Source of the DNA: Fidelibacterota bacterium
GTDB taxonomy: Bacteria > Fidelibacterota > UBA2242 > JAFGTP01
Length of the DNA: 64,000 bases
Assembly (NCBI GenBank): GCA_016934035.1
Contig: JAFGTP010000012.1
Location: forward strand, 11,879-75,878
Direction of reading: 5' to 3'
Both the position numbers and the translations under genes were made by a program. A model generated the notes under the pieces. That model saw nothing but the letters and a program-made list of their open reading frames with translations. It did no database searches and had not been told where the DNA came from. This document shows, piece by piece, positions 43,286 to 51,328 of the stretch; position 1 is the stretch's first letter; each line of letters starts with the position of its first letter.

Positions 43286-44389
43286 ATGGACAAAAAAAAA
43301 TCAAAAAACTATAACCGGATAAAACTGACGCTGTCAATTTCTGATAGTATTATTAATCTGGTTTTTGTGCTGGTGTTGCTGTTTTGTGGATTTTCCGTAA
43401 AAATGGACCATTGGATTTCGGGATTGATTGGAAATGAATATCTGGCGCTTTTCTTTTTTTTATTCCTGTTGGGAATTTTGAGCAGCATCATCACCTTCCC
43501 GGTTGGATTCTGTAAGGACTACCTTCTAGAACACCGGTACAAACTCAGTAACCAAACCATCGGCCAGTATTTTTTGGAAAAAGCCAAGGGAATGATGGTG
43601 GTACTACCAATCCTTCTGGTCATGATGTCGATTTTTTATTTTGTATTGAAAAACCGGCCGGAAAGCTGGTGGATAATCTTTGGGACGGTTATTGTCTTTT
43701 TTTCCGTTCTCCTGTCGCGGCTGGCGCCAACGCTGATTTTTCCGCTTTTTTATAAATTTTCAGAATTAGATAATTCCGATTTAAGGGAAAAAATAGAAAA
43801 TTTATGTAATCAGACAGGAATGAATCTGGAGGGCGTGTTCCGGTTTGATATGAGCAAAAATACTCAAAAAGCCAATGCTGCTTTTACCGGAATCGGAAAA
43901 TCAAAGCGGATTATTCTTGGCGATACATTGCTGGGCACTCTGGAGGATGATGAAATTCTGGCTGTCCTGGCTCATGAACTGGGCCATTTTAAAAGGAAGC
44001 ATATCTGGAAGGGAATGTTTGTAGGGGTTTTACTCAACTACCTGGGCTTGTTCCTGGTGGATGAGATTTATACCGAATATTTTTTAAATTTTGGTCCCGA
44101 AAAACATTCTCTGGCGGCCCTGCCGCTGATTGCTTTGCTTTTATCTATTTTCGGAATGATCACAGGCCCACTGACCAATATCCTTTCCAGAAAACATGAA
44201 CGGGAAGCCGATGCTTTTGCGGCGAAGTTCATGCAGTCGCCGGGACCCTTGATAAGCGGGTTGAATAAATTGAGCCGACAAAATCTGGGTGATGATGATC
44301 CGCACCCGGTGGTCGAATTTTTATTTTACAGTCATCCGTCCACAAGGAAACGGATTGAAAGATTGTCTGCATTTGGTCTGATAGATTAA
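43286..44389 (+). CDS. M48 family (Ste24/HtpX-like) integral-membrane zinc metallopeptidase
   Basis: Multiple TM segments, HELGHFKRKH (HExxH), and a downstream EREADAFA. Confidence 0.85.
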   Translation: MDKKKSKNYNRIKLTLSISDSIINLVFVLVLLFCGFSVKMDHWISGLIGNEYLALFFFLFLLGILSSIITFPVGFCKDYLLEHRYKLSNQTIGQYFLEKAKGMMVVLPILLVMMSIFYFVLKNRPESWWIIFGTVIVFFSVLLSRLAPTLIFPLFYKFSELDNSDLREKIENLCNQTGMNLEGVFRFDMSKNTQKANAAFTGIGKSKRIILGDTLLGTLEDDEILAVLAHELGHFKRKHIWKGMFVGVLLNYLGLFLVDEIYTEYFLNFGPEKHSLAALPLIALLLSIFGMITGPLTNILSRKHEREADAFAAKFMQSPGPLISGLNKLSRQNLGDDDPHPVVEFLFYSHPSTRKRIERLSAFGLID

Positions 44390-44461
44390 ACCGGAGAAAT
44401 GCCGTCAAATAGGTTTTGTTAAAATGGAATTGGAAACATCATCCGAAAGGTAAAGGTAAAA

Positions 44462-45373
44462 ATGAAAAATCAATCTAAAGCCTATATTTTTACGGCATTT
44501 TCAATCCTGTGCTGGGCCACGGTAGCCACAGCTTTTAAACTGGCATTGCGGTACATATCACCGGTCCAGTTATTGTTTGTATCGACCCTCAGCTCGCTGA
44601 TTGTTTTGTTTTCTCTGGCTGTAGTCACCGGTAAATTGAGTAAATTGAAGAAATTCAATCAAAAGGAGATTTTTTTTTCAGCTCTCATGGGGTTGGTCAA
44701 TCCTTTTGGCTATTATCTGGTCTTGTTTCAGGCCTATGCGATGCTGCCGGCACAAATTGCCCAGCCACTGAATGTGACCTGGGGAATTGTGATTGTTTTT
44801 CTTTCTGTTCCGATTCTTCGGCAAAAGGTCCGCTGGCAGAATTTTTTTTCGCTGGTGCTGGCTTTTCTTGGGGTCTCACTGATCGCCTACGGCGGTGAAG
44901 TCAGCGAATATCTGAATGTCAGTATTGCCGGAATATTACTGGCCCTTTCCACGTCTGTGATCTGGTCGTTGTACTGGCTGATTAATGCCAAAGATACCCA
45001 GGATGAGCTGTTGCGACTTTTGCTGAATTTTTTCTTTGGCGCCATATATATCGTGATTTTTGTTTTGTTAAACGGAAGTCTGGTAAATTTTGATATGCAG
45101 GGATTCTGGCCGGCGGTGTATGTGGGGATTTTTGAAATGGGACTGACTTTCTGGTTTTGGCTGCAGGCCCTGCGATACTCTGAAAATACTGCCCGGATTT
45201 CCATTTATATTTATATTTTTCCGGTACTATCCATGGGAATTATTTACATGGTGCTCGGCGAAAAAATCTTGTTTACGTCCTTCATTGGACTGATGCTGGT
45301 TATCACCGGAGTCCTTGCCAACAAAATTTTGGATTCAGGCCCCTCCCGACATCAATCTAAACCTAAATCTTGA
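44462..45373 (+). CDS. DMT superfamily transporter (two EamA-like halves, ~10 TM segments)
   Basis: The hydrophobic profile and duplicated EamA-like pattern fit, as does the length of 303 aa. Confidence 0.75.
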   Translation: MKNQSKAYIFTAFSILCWATVATAFKLALRYISPVQLLFVSTLSSLIVLFSLAVVTGKLSKLKKFNQKEIFFSALMGLVNPFGYYLVLFQAYAMLPAQIAQPLNVTWGIVIVFLSVPILRQKVRWQNFFSLVLAFLGVSLIAYGGEVSEYLNVSIAGILLALSTSVIWSLYWLINAKDTQDELLRLLLNFFFGAIYIVIFVLLNGSLVNFDMQGFWPAVYVGIFEMGLTFWFWLQALRYSENTARISIYIYIFPVLSMGIIYMVLGEKILFTSFIGLMLVITGVLANKILDSGPSRHQSKPKS

Positions 45374-45381
45374 CCTCGACC

Positions 45382-46779
45382 TCAGCTTCTCTCCCAGGTT
45401 GTTCCGTCAGGACCGTCTTTCAGGAGGATTCCTTTTTCTTTGAAAAGGTCACGAATTCTGTCGGCTTCAGCCCAGTTTTTGGCCTTTTTGGCCTCCAGCC
45501 GTTGGGCGATCAAAGTATATTCTTCAGATGAAAGGTCTTCGGCTTTGAGGGCCTCCTCATATCTGCCAACATTGAGCACGGAATCGCTTTTTTTCATAAA
45601 TTCCATGATTTTTTGAGCGTCCGTTTCGGAAATTTTCCGGCCTTCCAGATCGCTGTTGACGGATTTCATCAGGTTAAACAAGGCACCGACGGCCCCGGAA
45701 ATATTGAGATCATCAGCCAGGCAGTTGTCAAACTCGGCTTCGGCCTCGGTGACCAGCGGCCCGAATTGAGCTGCGGAAGTATCGGTATTGCAGAGGCTTT
45801 TAAAAAAACTGCGCATTTTTAGGATGTTTTTTTCCGCAGCATCCAGTTTTTCAAAAGTAAAGTTCAGGGTCTGGCGGTAGTGGGTATTCAGCAATACCAG
45901 GCGAATGGCTTCAGGCGAGTAGCCTTTTTCCAGAATATCCCTGAGGCTGTATACATTACCAAGGGATTTACTCATTTTCTGGCCGTCGACAATCAGGTGC
46001 TTGCAATGCATCCAGTAGTTGACAAATTTCTCTCCGGTAGCACCTTCACTCTGGGCAATCTCATTTTCGTGGTGGGGAAAAATATTGTCGACGCCACCAC
46101 AATGAATGTCAAAGTGGTTGCCCAGGTATTTGGTACTCATGGCAGAGCATTCAATATGCCAGCCCGGACGGCCTTTGCCCAGTTCTGTTTCCCAATAGAC
46201 ATCACCATCTTCTTCTTTGTAACCTTTCCAGAGTGCGAAGTCCCGTAATTCTTCTTTTTCATATTCATCATTTTCAACGCGTTTGCCTTTTTGCATTTCG
46301 TCGGTGTTCAGGTTGGCCAGTTTGCCGTAGCCGGGAAATTTGGCGATCTGAAAATAGACTGAGCCTTCATCGGTGGTGTAAGCAAATCCTTTTTGCAGCA
46401 GGCTCCTGACCAGTTCCACCATTTCCGGAATGGTTTCCGTTGCCGCCGGTGTAATATCGGCCCGTAATATTCCCAGGGTTTCCAGGTCCCGGAAAAAGGC
46501 ATCTTTGTAGGTTTGGGTATAATCGGTGATGGAAATATTCTGCCGGTAAATGGCTTTGATGATTTTATCATCGACGTCGGTGAGGTTCATCACGTGCTTG
46601 ACTTTGTAGCCTTTATAGATCAGGTATCGTTTCAGCAGGTCTTCAAACATGTAGGCGCGAAAATTTCCGATATGGGCATAATTGTAAACTGTCGGGCCAC
46701 AGGTATAAAGCCGGACTTCCCGGGAATCAATGGGCATGAATTCTTCTTTTTTTCTTGTCAGTGTGTTAAAAAATTGCAT
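45382..46779 (-). CDS. cysS: Cysteine--tRNA ligase
   Basis: TCGPTVYNYAHIGNFR (HIGH) and GQKMSKSLGN (KMSKS). The start is moved to ATG 46779 (MQFFNTLTRKKEEF; AAGGAG RBS). The 20-codon extension in the ORF track would overlap the upstream gene. Confidence 0.95.
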   Translation of the reverse strand: MQFFNTLTRKKEEFMPIDSREVRLYTCGPTVYNYAHIGNFRAYMFEDLLKRYLIYKGYKVKHVMNLTDVDDKIIKAIYRQNISITDYTQTYKDAFFRDLETLGILRADITPAATETIPEMVELVRSLLQKGFAYTTDEGSVYFQIAKFPGYGKLANLNTDEMQKGKRVENDEYEKEELRDFALWKGYKEEDGDVYWETELGKGRPGWHIECSAMSTKYLGNHFDIHCGGVDNIFPHHENEIAQSEGATGEKFVNYWMHCKHLIVDGQKMSKSLGNVYSLRDILEKGYSPEAIRLVLLNTHYRQTLNFTFEKLDAAEKNILKMRSFFKSLCNTDTSAAQFGPLVTEAEAEFDNCLADDLNISGAVGALFNLMKSVNSDLEGRKISETDAQKIMEFMKKSDSVLNVGRYEEALKAEDLSSEEYTLIAQRLEAKKAKNWAEADRIRDLFKEKGILLKDGPDGTTWERS

Positions 46780-46789
46780 GACAGCTCCT

Positions 46790-47290
46790 TTAATGAAATT
46801 TTTCCACATTCTCCGGGTCCACCGGTGTGGAAAAAGCAAAATTTATGGCATCAATTTTTAATATCAGTTTGGAATGGCCGCTGATTTTTGTAATCAGGCC
46901 GATTCGTCCGGACAACGGCCCGGTCAGTACTCTGACCTTTTCGCCTTCGGTAAAATAATTGGCCGGTTCCAGATGGATGCGTTCTTCCAGGGCTTTTTGC
47001 AGGGCTTCAATCTGGAAATCCGGAATAAGGGTGTATTTTTCACCAATACGGACGATGTTGAGGATGCCTTCAGTCTGCAGGACATAGAGTAGATTTCTGG
47101 CTTCTTCCTGAACAAATATATAACTTTTTATCAGCGGGATTTCGACTTCCTTGATACGGTCTTTCCATTGGCTTTTTTGCCGAACCAAAGGTAAAAAAGT
47201 GACAATGCCTTTCTTTTCCAGGCGTTCTTTGACGACTTTTTCATGCCTTGATTTTGTGTAGGCAGCAAACCAGTGGCGCTTATCTTCCAT
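46790..47290 (-). CDS. UpxY-family / NusG-like transcription antiterminator paralogue
   Basis: NGN domain WFAAYTKSRHEKVVKERLEKKGIVTFLPLVRQKSQWKDRIKEVEIPLIKSYIFV and KOW motif GEKVRVLTGPLSGRIGLI. Confidence 0.8.
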   Translation of the reverse strand: MEDKRHWFAAYTKSRHEKVVKERLEKKGIVTFLPLVRQKSQWKDRIKEVEIPLIKSYIFVQEEARNLLYVLQTEGILNIVRIGEKYTLIPDFQIEALQKALEERIHLEPANYFTEGEKVRVLTGPLSGRIGLITKISGHSKLILKIDAINFAFSTPVDPENVEKFH

Positions 47291-48275
47291 TCCTCAGGCC
47301 TGTCTCAATTATTATTTCCAGCAATTCTGAAAAAGGGATACCTGCAGCTTTGGCTGCCTTGGGTACCAGGGAGTGGCTGGTCATTCCGGGTAATGCATTC
47401 AATTCCAGGAAATAAGGTTTATTGTCCGGCGACAGTCTCAGGTCCATTCTTCCATAACCGGAGCATTTTAGGGCTTTGAAGCCCAGGAGTGAGTATGCCT
47501 GGATTCTTCGGGTCAGTTCTTGCGGCAAGGGCGCAGGGGAGAGATATTCACTCATGCCGTCGGCATATTTACATTCGTAATCATAAATTTGGTGTTTTGG
47601 AATTATTTCCACAACCGGAAGTGCCCTGTTATCCAGCAGGGCGACAGTGAGTTCCCGGCCCGGAATGAATTCTTCCACCAGGACCTCTTTAGAAAATTTT
47701 CTGGAAAAGTGGATGGCGTCGGTCAGTTTTTCCGGTTGATTGACTATTGTCAATCCCACAGTTGACCCTTCATTGGCTGGTTTGACAACGACGGGATAGG
47801 CCAGGTTTTTTTCGATATCCCGGACCATTTCTTCTATTGTTTCTTCCTTGCCACGATTGAAATGTTCCCATTTTGGCGTGGGAATATTATAGCGTTCGAA
47901 AATTAATTTAGAAATGATTTTATCCATGGAAATTGCGCAACCGGTTGAATCCGAACCGTTGAATTTCATTCCGTGCATCATCAGCAGCGACTGGACCTCG
48001 CCATTTTCACCTTCGCCGCCGTGAAGTGCATTAAAAACAAAATCGCAATTGCGGAAAAGGTCATGATGCAACAGTTTCAGCAAATTGGAATTGCCTCTTC
48101 TCAGATGGTTTTCAGTTGTGTCCAATTTTTTTTCCAATTGTTCCATTGGCAGGACTGTATCAATTTCCGTTACCTGGTGTTGGTTTTCACGCAAGGTGTC
48201 AGCAATGATCTTTCCGGAAACCAGCGAAACTTCCCTTTCGGATGAAATGCCACCTTTGAGTACAATGATGTTCAT
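47280..48275 (-). CDS. ddl: D-alanine--D-alanine ligase
   Basis: IIVLKGGISSEREVSLVSG, an ATP-grasp core, and the C-terminal GYGRMDLRL...YFLELNALPGMT. Confidence 0.9.
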   Translation of the reverse strand: MNIIVLKGGISSEREVSLVSGKIIADTLRENQHQVTEIDTVLPMEQLEKKLDTTENHLRRGNSNLLKLLHHDLFRNCDFVFNALHGGEGENGEVQSLLMMHGMKFNGSDSTGCAISMDKIISKLIFERYNIPTPKWEHFNRGKEETIEEMVRDIEKNLAYPVVVKPANEGSTVGLTIVNQPEKLTDAIHFSRKFSKEVLVEEFIPGRELTVALLDNRALPVVEIIPKHQIYDYECKYADGMSEYLSPAPLPQELTRRIQAYSLLGFKALKCSGYGRMDLRLSPDNKPYFLELNALPGMTSHSLVPKAAKAAGIPFSELLEIIIETGLRNGR

Positions 48276-48829
48276 TGATTTTTCTCCAGATTAATGATTG
48301 TTTCTGCTGCTGTCAGAAGGTTCATTTCGATCAGGTCCGGTCTGATCCCCCAGCCGGCAATGGTTTCAGGATCAATTTTTCGAATGCCTGATAAAACCAG
48401 GGCTGTTTTGCATCGGGCGTTGTAACCGGTTTGAATATCTTTTTGTGAATCACCGATAAACCAGGATTGGGACAGATCAATATCATGGTCCCAGGCTGCC
48501 TGCAACACATGGGAGGGTTTGGGTTTTCGACAATCACATTGGGACTCCGGTAGATGGGGGCAAAAACGGATGTCCAGTATCCTGACATTCCTTTTGGCCA
48601 ATTCACCCAACATCAGGTGGTTCATCTGATGAAAAATTTCCTCGGAAAAATAGCCCCTGCCAATGCCTGATTGATTGGTGATGATGATCAATTCAAATCC
48701 GGCCTTGTAAAATTTTTCCAGGGCTTCCGCGGTATAGGGAAACAAACGGAAATCCTGAAGGGTCCTGATATATTTTTCACTATCAAAATTGATCGTCCCG
48801 TCACGATCCAGAAAAATTGCTTTTTTCAA
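48272..48829 (-). CDS. gmhB: HAD-IIIA phosphatase, D-glycero-D-manno-heptose 1,7-bisphosphate phosphatase-like
   Basis: FLDRDGTIN, ITNQSGIGRGYF, Zn site CPHLPESQCDCRKPKP, and FIGDSQKDI. It has a TTG start with an AAAGG RBS. Its stop overlaps the ddl start (ATGA). Confidence 0.8.
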   Translation of the reverse strand: MKKAIFLDRDGTINFDSEKYIRTLQDFRLFPYTAEALEKFYKAGFELIIITNQSGIGRGYFSEEIFHQMNHLMLGELAKRNVRILDIRFCPHLPESQCDCRKPKPSHVLQAAWDHDIDLSQSWFIGDSQKDIQTGYNARCKTALVLSGIRKIDPETIAGWGIRPDLIEMNLLTAAETIINLEKNQ

Positions 48830-48998
48830 ATCAACCTTTTGTTTTTCTATTTTCTCAGGCCTAAATCTAAAACTTATCTGGAAAATAATGAAAAGGAAAA
48901 AAATCCTGAAGGCTTGATATTGTTAAAATTTATGGTTTTTTATATAAAGTTAATGATTTTTATGCCGATTATGGTATTAGCAGGAAATAGGAGTCAAA

Positions 48999-49154
48999 AT
49001 GAATTTAACAGTATTCATTATCGGTTTTTTTACAGGTTATCTCTTTCATTCAATCATAGCAGTTGGTAAAGTCGAAGATATGAAAATTGCCATAAAACAA
49101 ATGGCCGAAACCAGCGATAATACACTTTGTCGAAAACTTGTGGATGGACAATAA
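48999..49154 (+). CDS. Candidate 51-aa small membrane protein (MNLTVFIIGFFTGYLFHSIIAVGKVEDMKIAIKQMAETSDNTLCRKLVDGQ)
   Basis: AGGAG RBS 6 nt upstream, an N-terminal TM helix, and a hairpin with T-tract following the ORF. It falls below the ORF-track size cut-off. Confidence 0.35.
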   Translation: MNLTVFIIGFFTGYLFHSIIAVGKVEDMKIAIKQMAETSDNTLCRKLVDGQ

Positions 49155-49178
49155 GTTCTCACACAATTTTGTCAACTG

Positions 49179-49210
49179 AAAAAGAGCGGCATGATGCGGC
49201 TCTTTTTTTT
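49179..49210. terminator. Bidirectional hairpin between convergent genes
   Basis: AAAAAGAGCGGC-atgat-GCGGCTCTTTTTTTT, with one G-G mismatch in the stem and A/T tracts on both sides. Confidence 0.5.
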
Positions 49211-49223
49211 GTCATCTAAAATG

Positions 49224-50156
49224 TTACAAAAATTCAAACCAGTATTGCAGGGAATCCACATAAGCCCTAAGGACTGACTCGTAGCTGGAAAATACCGAAA
49301 TATCGATTTTCCAGGTGGCAGAATCGCTCGAATTTAATTGATTGTCCGGCACCAGAAAATCCAGTTCCTTCTGAACTTCATCAAACCGGAAATAGTGCAA
49401 ATGGGCCTTGGCTAAAATAATGGATATATCGACATTATTGATACTTGTGTCATGCTCAAAAACATAAAATGGGCGTTCCGGTGATGCCGGCTGTTCAGTA
49501 TTCTGTTGCCAAAGCAGTTCGCCGTAGATGATTGATTCGAGATAAAGGCCAATCTGGTAATTGGCAATACAGATACCTGTGAGGGCATTCGAATTTTGAT
49601 AATTGATGGTATAGAGGTTTTCAAAATTTTCCAATGCCTGTTGCAGGGAATCGATCCGAAGACTGGACCAGGCCAGTCCCAGCAGGATTTCTTCGGACTC
49701 TTCATCGGCAAGGGCTTCAAAAGCTTGCAAGGCTTCGGCATAATTGCCTGATTCAAACAGGGACCAGCAATGGTTCAGGGATATTTTTGTCCTGAAATTC
49801 AGCAGCTGGCTGGTCACGGATTGTTGGTCCTGATTCGTGGAAATAGCTCTGAAGTGGTAGGTCTGGTTGTCATTCAGAGGTTTGATGGTAAACCAATGTT
49901 CCTGGCGATATTCTTCATTTAAGATTTCAAGGGTGTCATCGGATTCGGCGACTTCATTGGAAATGTAACGGACTTTGCTGCAACAGGGCATGTCTGTGGT
50001 CCACTGGATCGTGGCCTGATCGGACAAAACAGGGGTCACCAGGGGACCCTGCAAAAATACCGGCGAAGGGATAGGGGTTGTTTTGACAATATTTTGTTCA
50101 CAGGAAACTATCCATAAGACGGACATAAGAATTATTAATACTTTCTTGATTTTCAT
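49224..50156 (-). CDS. Lipoprotein with N-terminal Fn3-like domain and TPR-like helical repeats (paralogue of 50422-51318)
   Basis: Lipobox-like LWIVSC, an Fn3-like ATIQWTTDMPCCSKVRY...YHFRAIS, then helical-repeat-like sequence. Confidence 0.6.
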   Translation of the reverse strand: MKIKKVLIILMSVLWIVSCEQNIVKTTPIPSPVFLQGPLVTPVLSDQATIQWTTDMPCCSKVRYISNEVAESDDTLEILNEEYRQEHWFTIKPLNDNQTYHFRAISTNQDQQSVTSQLLNFRTKISLNHCWSLFESGNYAEALQAFEALADEESEEILLGLAWSSLRIDSLQQALENFENLYTINYQNSNALTGICIANYQIGLYLESIIYGELLWQQNTEQPASPERPFYVFEHDTSINNVDISIILAKAHLHYFRFDEVQKELDFLVPDNQLNSSDSATWKIDISVFSSYESVLRAYVDSLQYWFEFL

Positions 50157-50233
50157 GGTAACTCTTTTGTTCTCTTCATTGCATATTCATGATTTTTTGG
50201 GTAATTTTTATGGGTCTATTAAAGGAAAAAAGG

Positions 50234-50440
50234 ATGAATGACCAGGATAAAAATATAAACCGACGCAAATTTTTGAAACAGTTAGCCCAAAATGCTGTGT
50301 TTATTCCACCCACAATTACCAGTTTTGATCTCTTGCAAACCAAATCTCCCTGGTGGTGGTGGACCGGACATCACCATCATCATACCAACAACCGGCCGAC
50401 ACCGCCACCGCCGCCGCCCGGCTATGGAAATGACGAGTAA
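50234..50440 (+). CDS. Candidate 68-aa peptide with Tat-like RRKFLK motif and W4 / H5 / P6 homopolymer runs
   Basis: MNDQDKNINRRKFLKQLAQNAVFIPPTITSFDLLQTKSPWWWWTGHHHHHTNNRPTPPPPPPGYGNDE. AAGGAAAAAAGG lies upstream of ATG 50234. It sits in a 265-bp gap between two minus-strand genes, and its 3' end overlaps the next gene by 19 nt. Confidence 0.3.
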   Translation: MNDQDKNINRRKFLKQLAQNAVFIPPTITSFDLLQTKSPWWWWTGHHHHHTNNRPTPPPPPPGYGNDE

Positions 50441-51318
50441 AATTCACTTTTCAAAAAATTAAGGGCAGCAATAATAAACGCTTCAAGATTATTGTATTTG
50501 ACACCTTCCAATACCCAACTTTCAGAATTATTGTAAAAAATATTTTCCGGTAATAACTGGTCAAGGAGATTAATAGACTTTTCAAAATCACCCATGATCA
50601 AAGAAGTCTCTGCCAGGATTAATCTCGCCAGATTTGAGTTGTATTGTGTGAAATAAAGAAATTGCCATTGAGGATGAAGCAGGAGCAGTGACTCGCCAAA
50701 GGTCAGGGCCTCATTATAATTTTCCGTTATCTGTTCCAAAAGTGTCAAGCCAAGCAGGTGCAGGGGTTCTGATGCCAGAAGTGTATCACAGTATAAAAAT
50801 TTTTCCCGGGCTTCCTGGTACGAGCCTGTTTGCAGCAAACACCAGCCTTGAGAACTTATCGTCCACGGGTCGTGTGGATTCGATTGATTGTAGGTATTCA
50901 GGAAAGAGAGTGCTGTTTCAAATTCGCCATCGCGAAAAGCCTGCCATCCCCGACTGAAATTATTTTCTGCGGTAGCGGCTGTGATCCCAATCGATGTGAT
51001 TTCAAGGCTATCATAAAATTCGGTCAGCCGGACCTCAATCTGATAATGAATTCCAGCATAAAGGTCATTGAGGGTGATTTCATGATTTTGTCTGAATTCC
51101 TGCACAAGGACGGAATCCGTATTATAGCCGTCGCAATAATACAAATGACAACGGCTGGCTTTATTCACTGAAAAGATGACGGTCAGGGAGTCTTCGGTGA
51201 TATTTTTAATGGAGATATCCGTTGTAAAAAATAATTTTTCATCATCGGCTACGTAGCTGACGGTCTCGCAACCGAAAAAAAGAATTGTAAGGATGAGATA
51301 AAGACCAAATTTTTTCAA
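50422..51318 (-). CDS. Lipoprotein with N-terminal Fn3-like domain and TPR-like repeats (paralogue of 49224-50156)
   Basis: LFFGC lipobox, LTVIFSVNKASRCHLYY...YQIEVRL, then helical repeats. It has a TTG start 10 nt after the stop of the 1295-aa gene. Confidence 0.6.
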   Translation of the reverse strand: MKKFGLYLILTILFFGCETVSYVADDEKLFFTTDISIKNITEDSLTVIFSVNKASRCHLYYCDGYNTDSVLVQEFRQNHEITLNDLYAGIHYQIEVRLTEFYDSLEITSIGITAATAENNFSRGWQAFRDGEFETALSFLNTYNQSNPHDPWTISSQGWCLLQTGSYQEAREKFLYCDTLLASEPLHLLGLTLLEQITENYNEALTFGESLLLLHPQWQFLYFTQYNSNLARLILAETSLIMGDFEKSINLLDQLLPENIFYNNSESWVLEGVKYNNLEAFIIAALNFLKSEFYSSFP

Positions 51319-51328
51319 TTTTTTTCTC

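Noticed and set aside
46780-46839. N-terminal extensions of ORF-track models: cysS 46780-46839, 32389-32460, 37803-37853, 41279-41329, 62603-62680, 14592-14621 and 12630-12665.
   Set aside because: In each case an internal ATG with a good RBS starts a canonical N-terminus or signal peptide. The extension either overlaps the upstream gene or begins at a TTG/GTG without an RBS.
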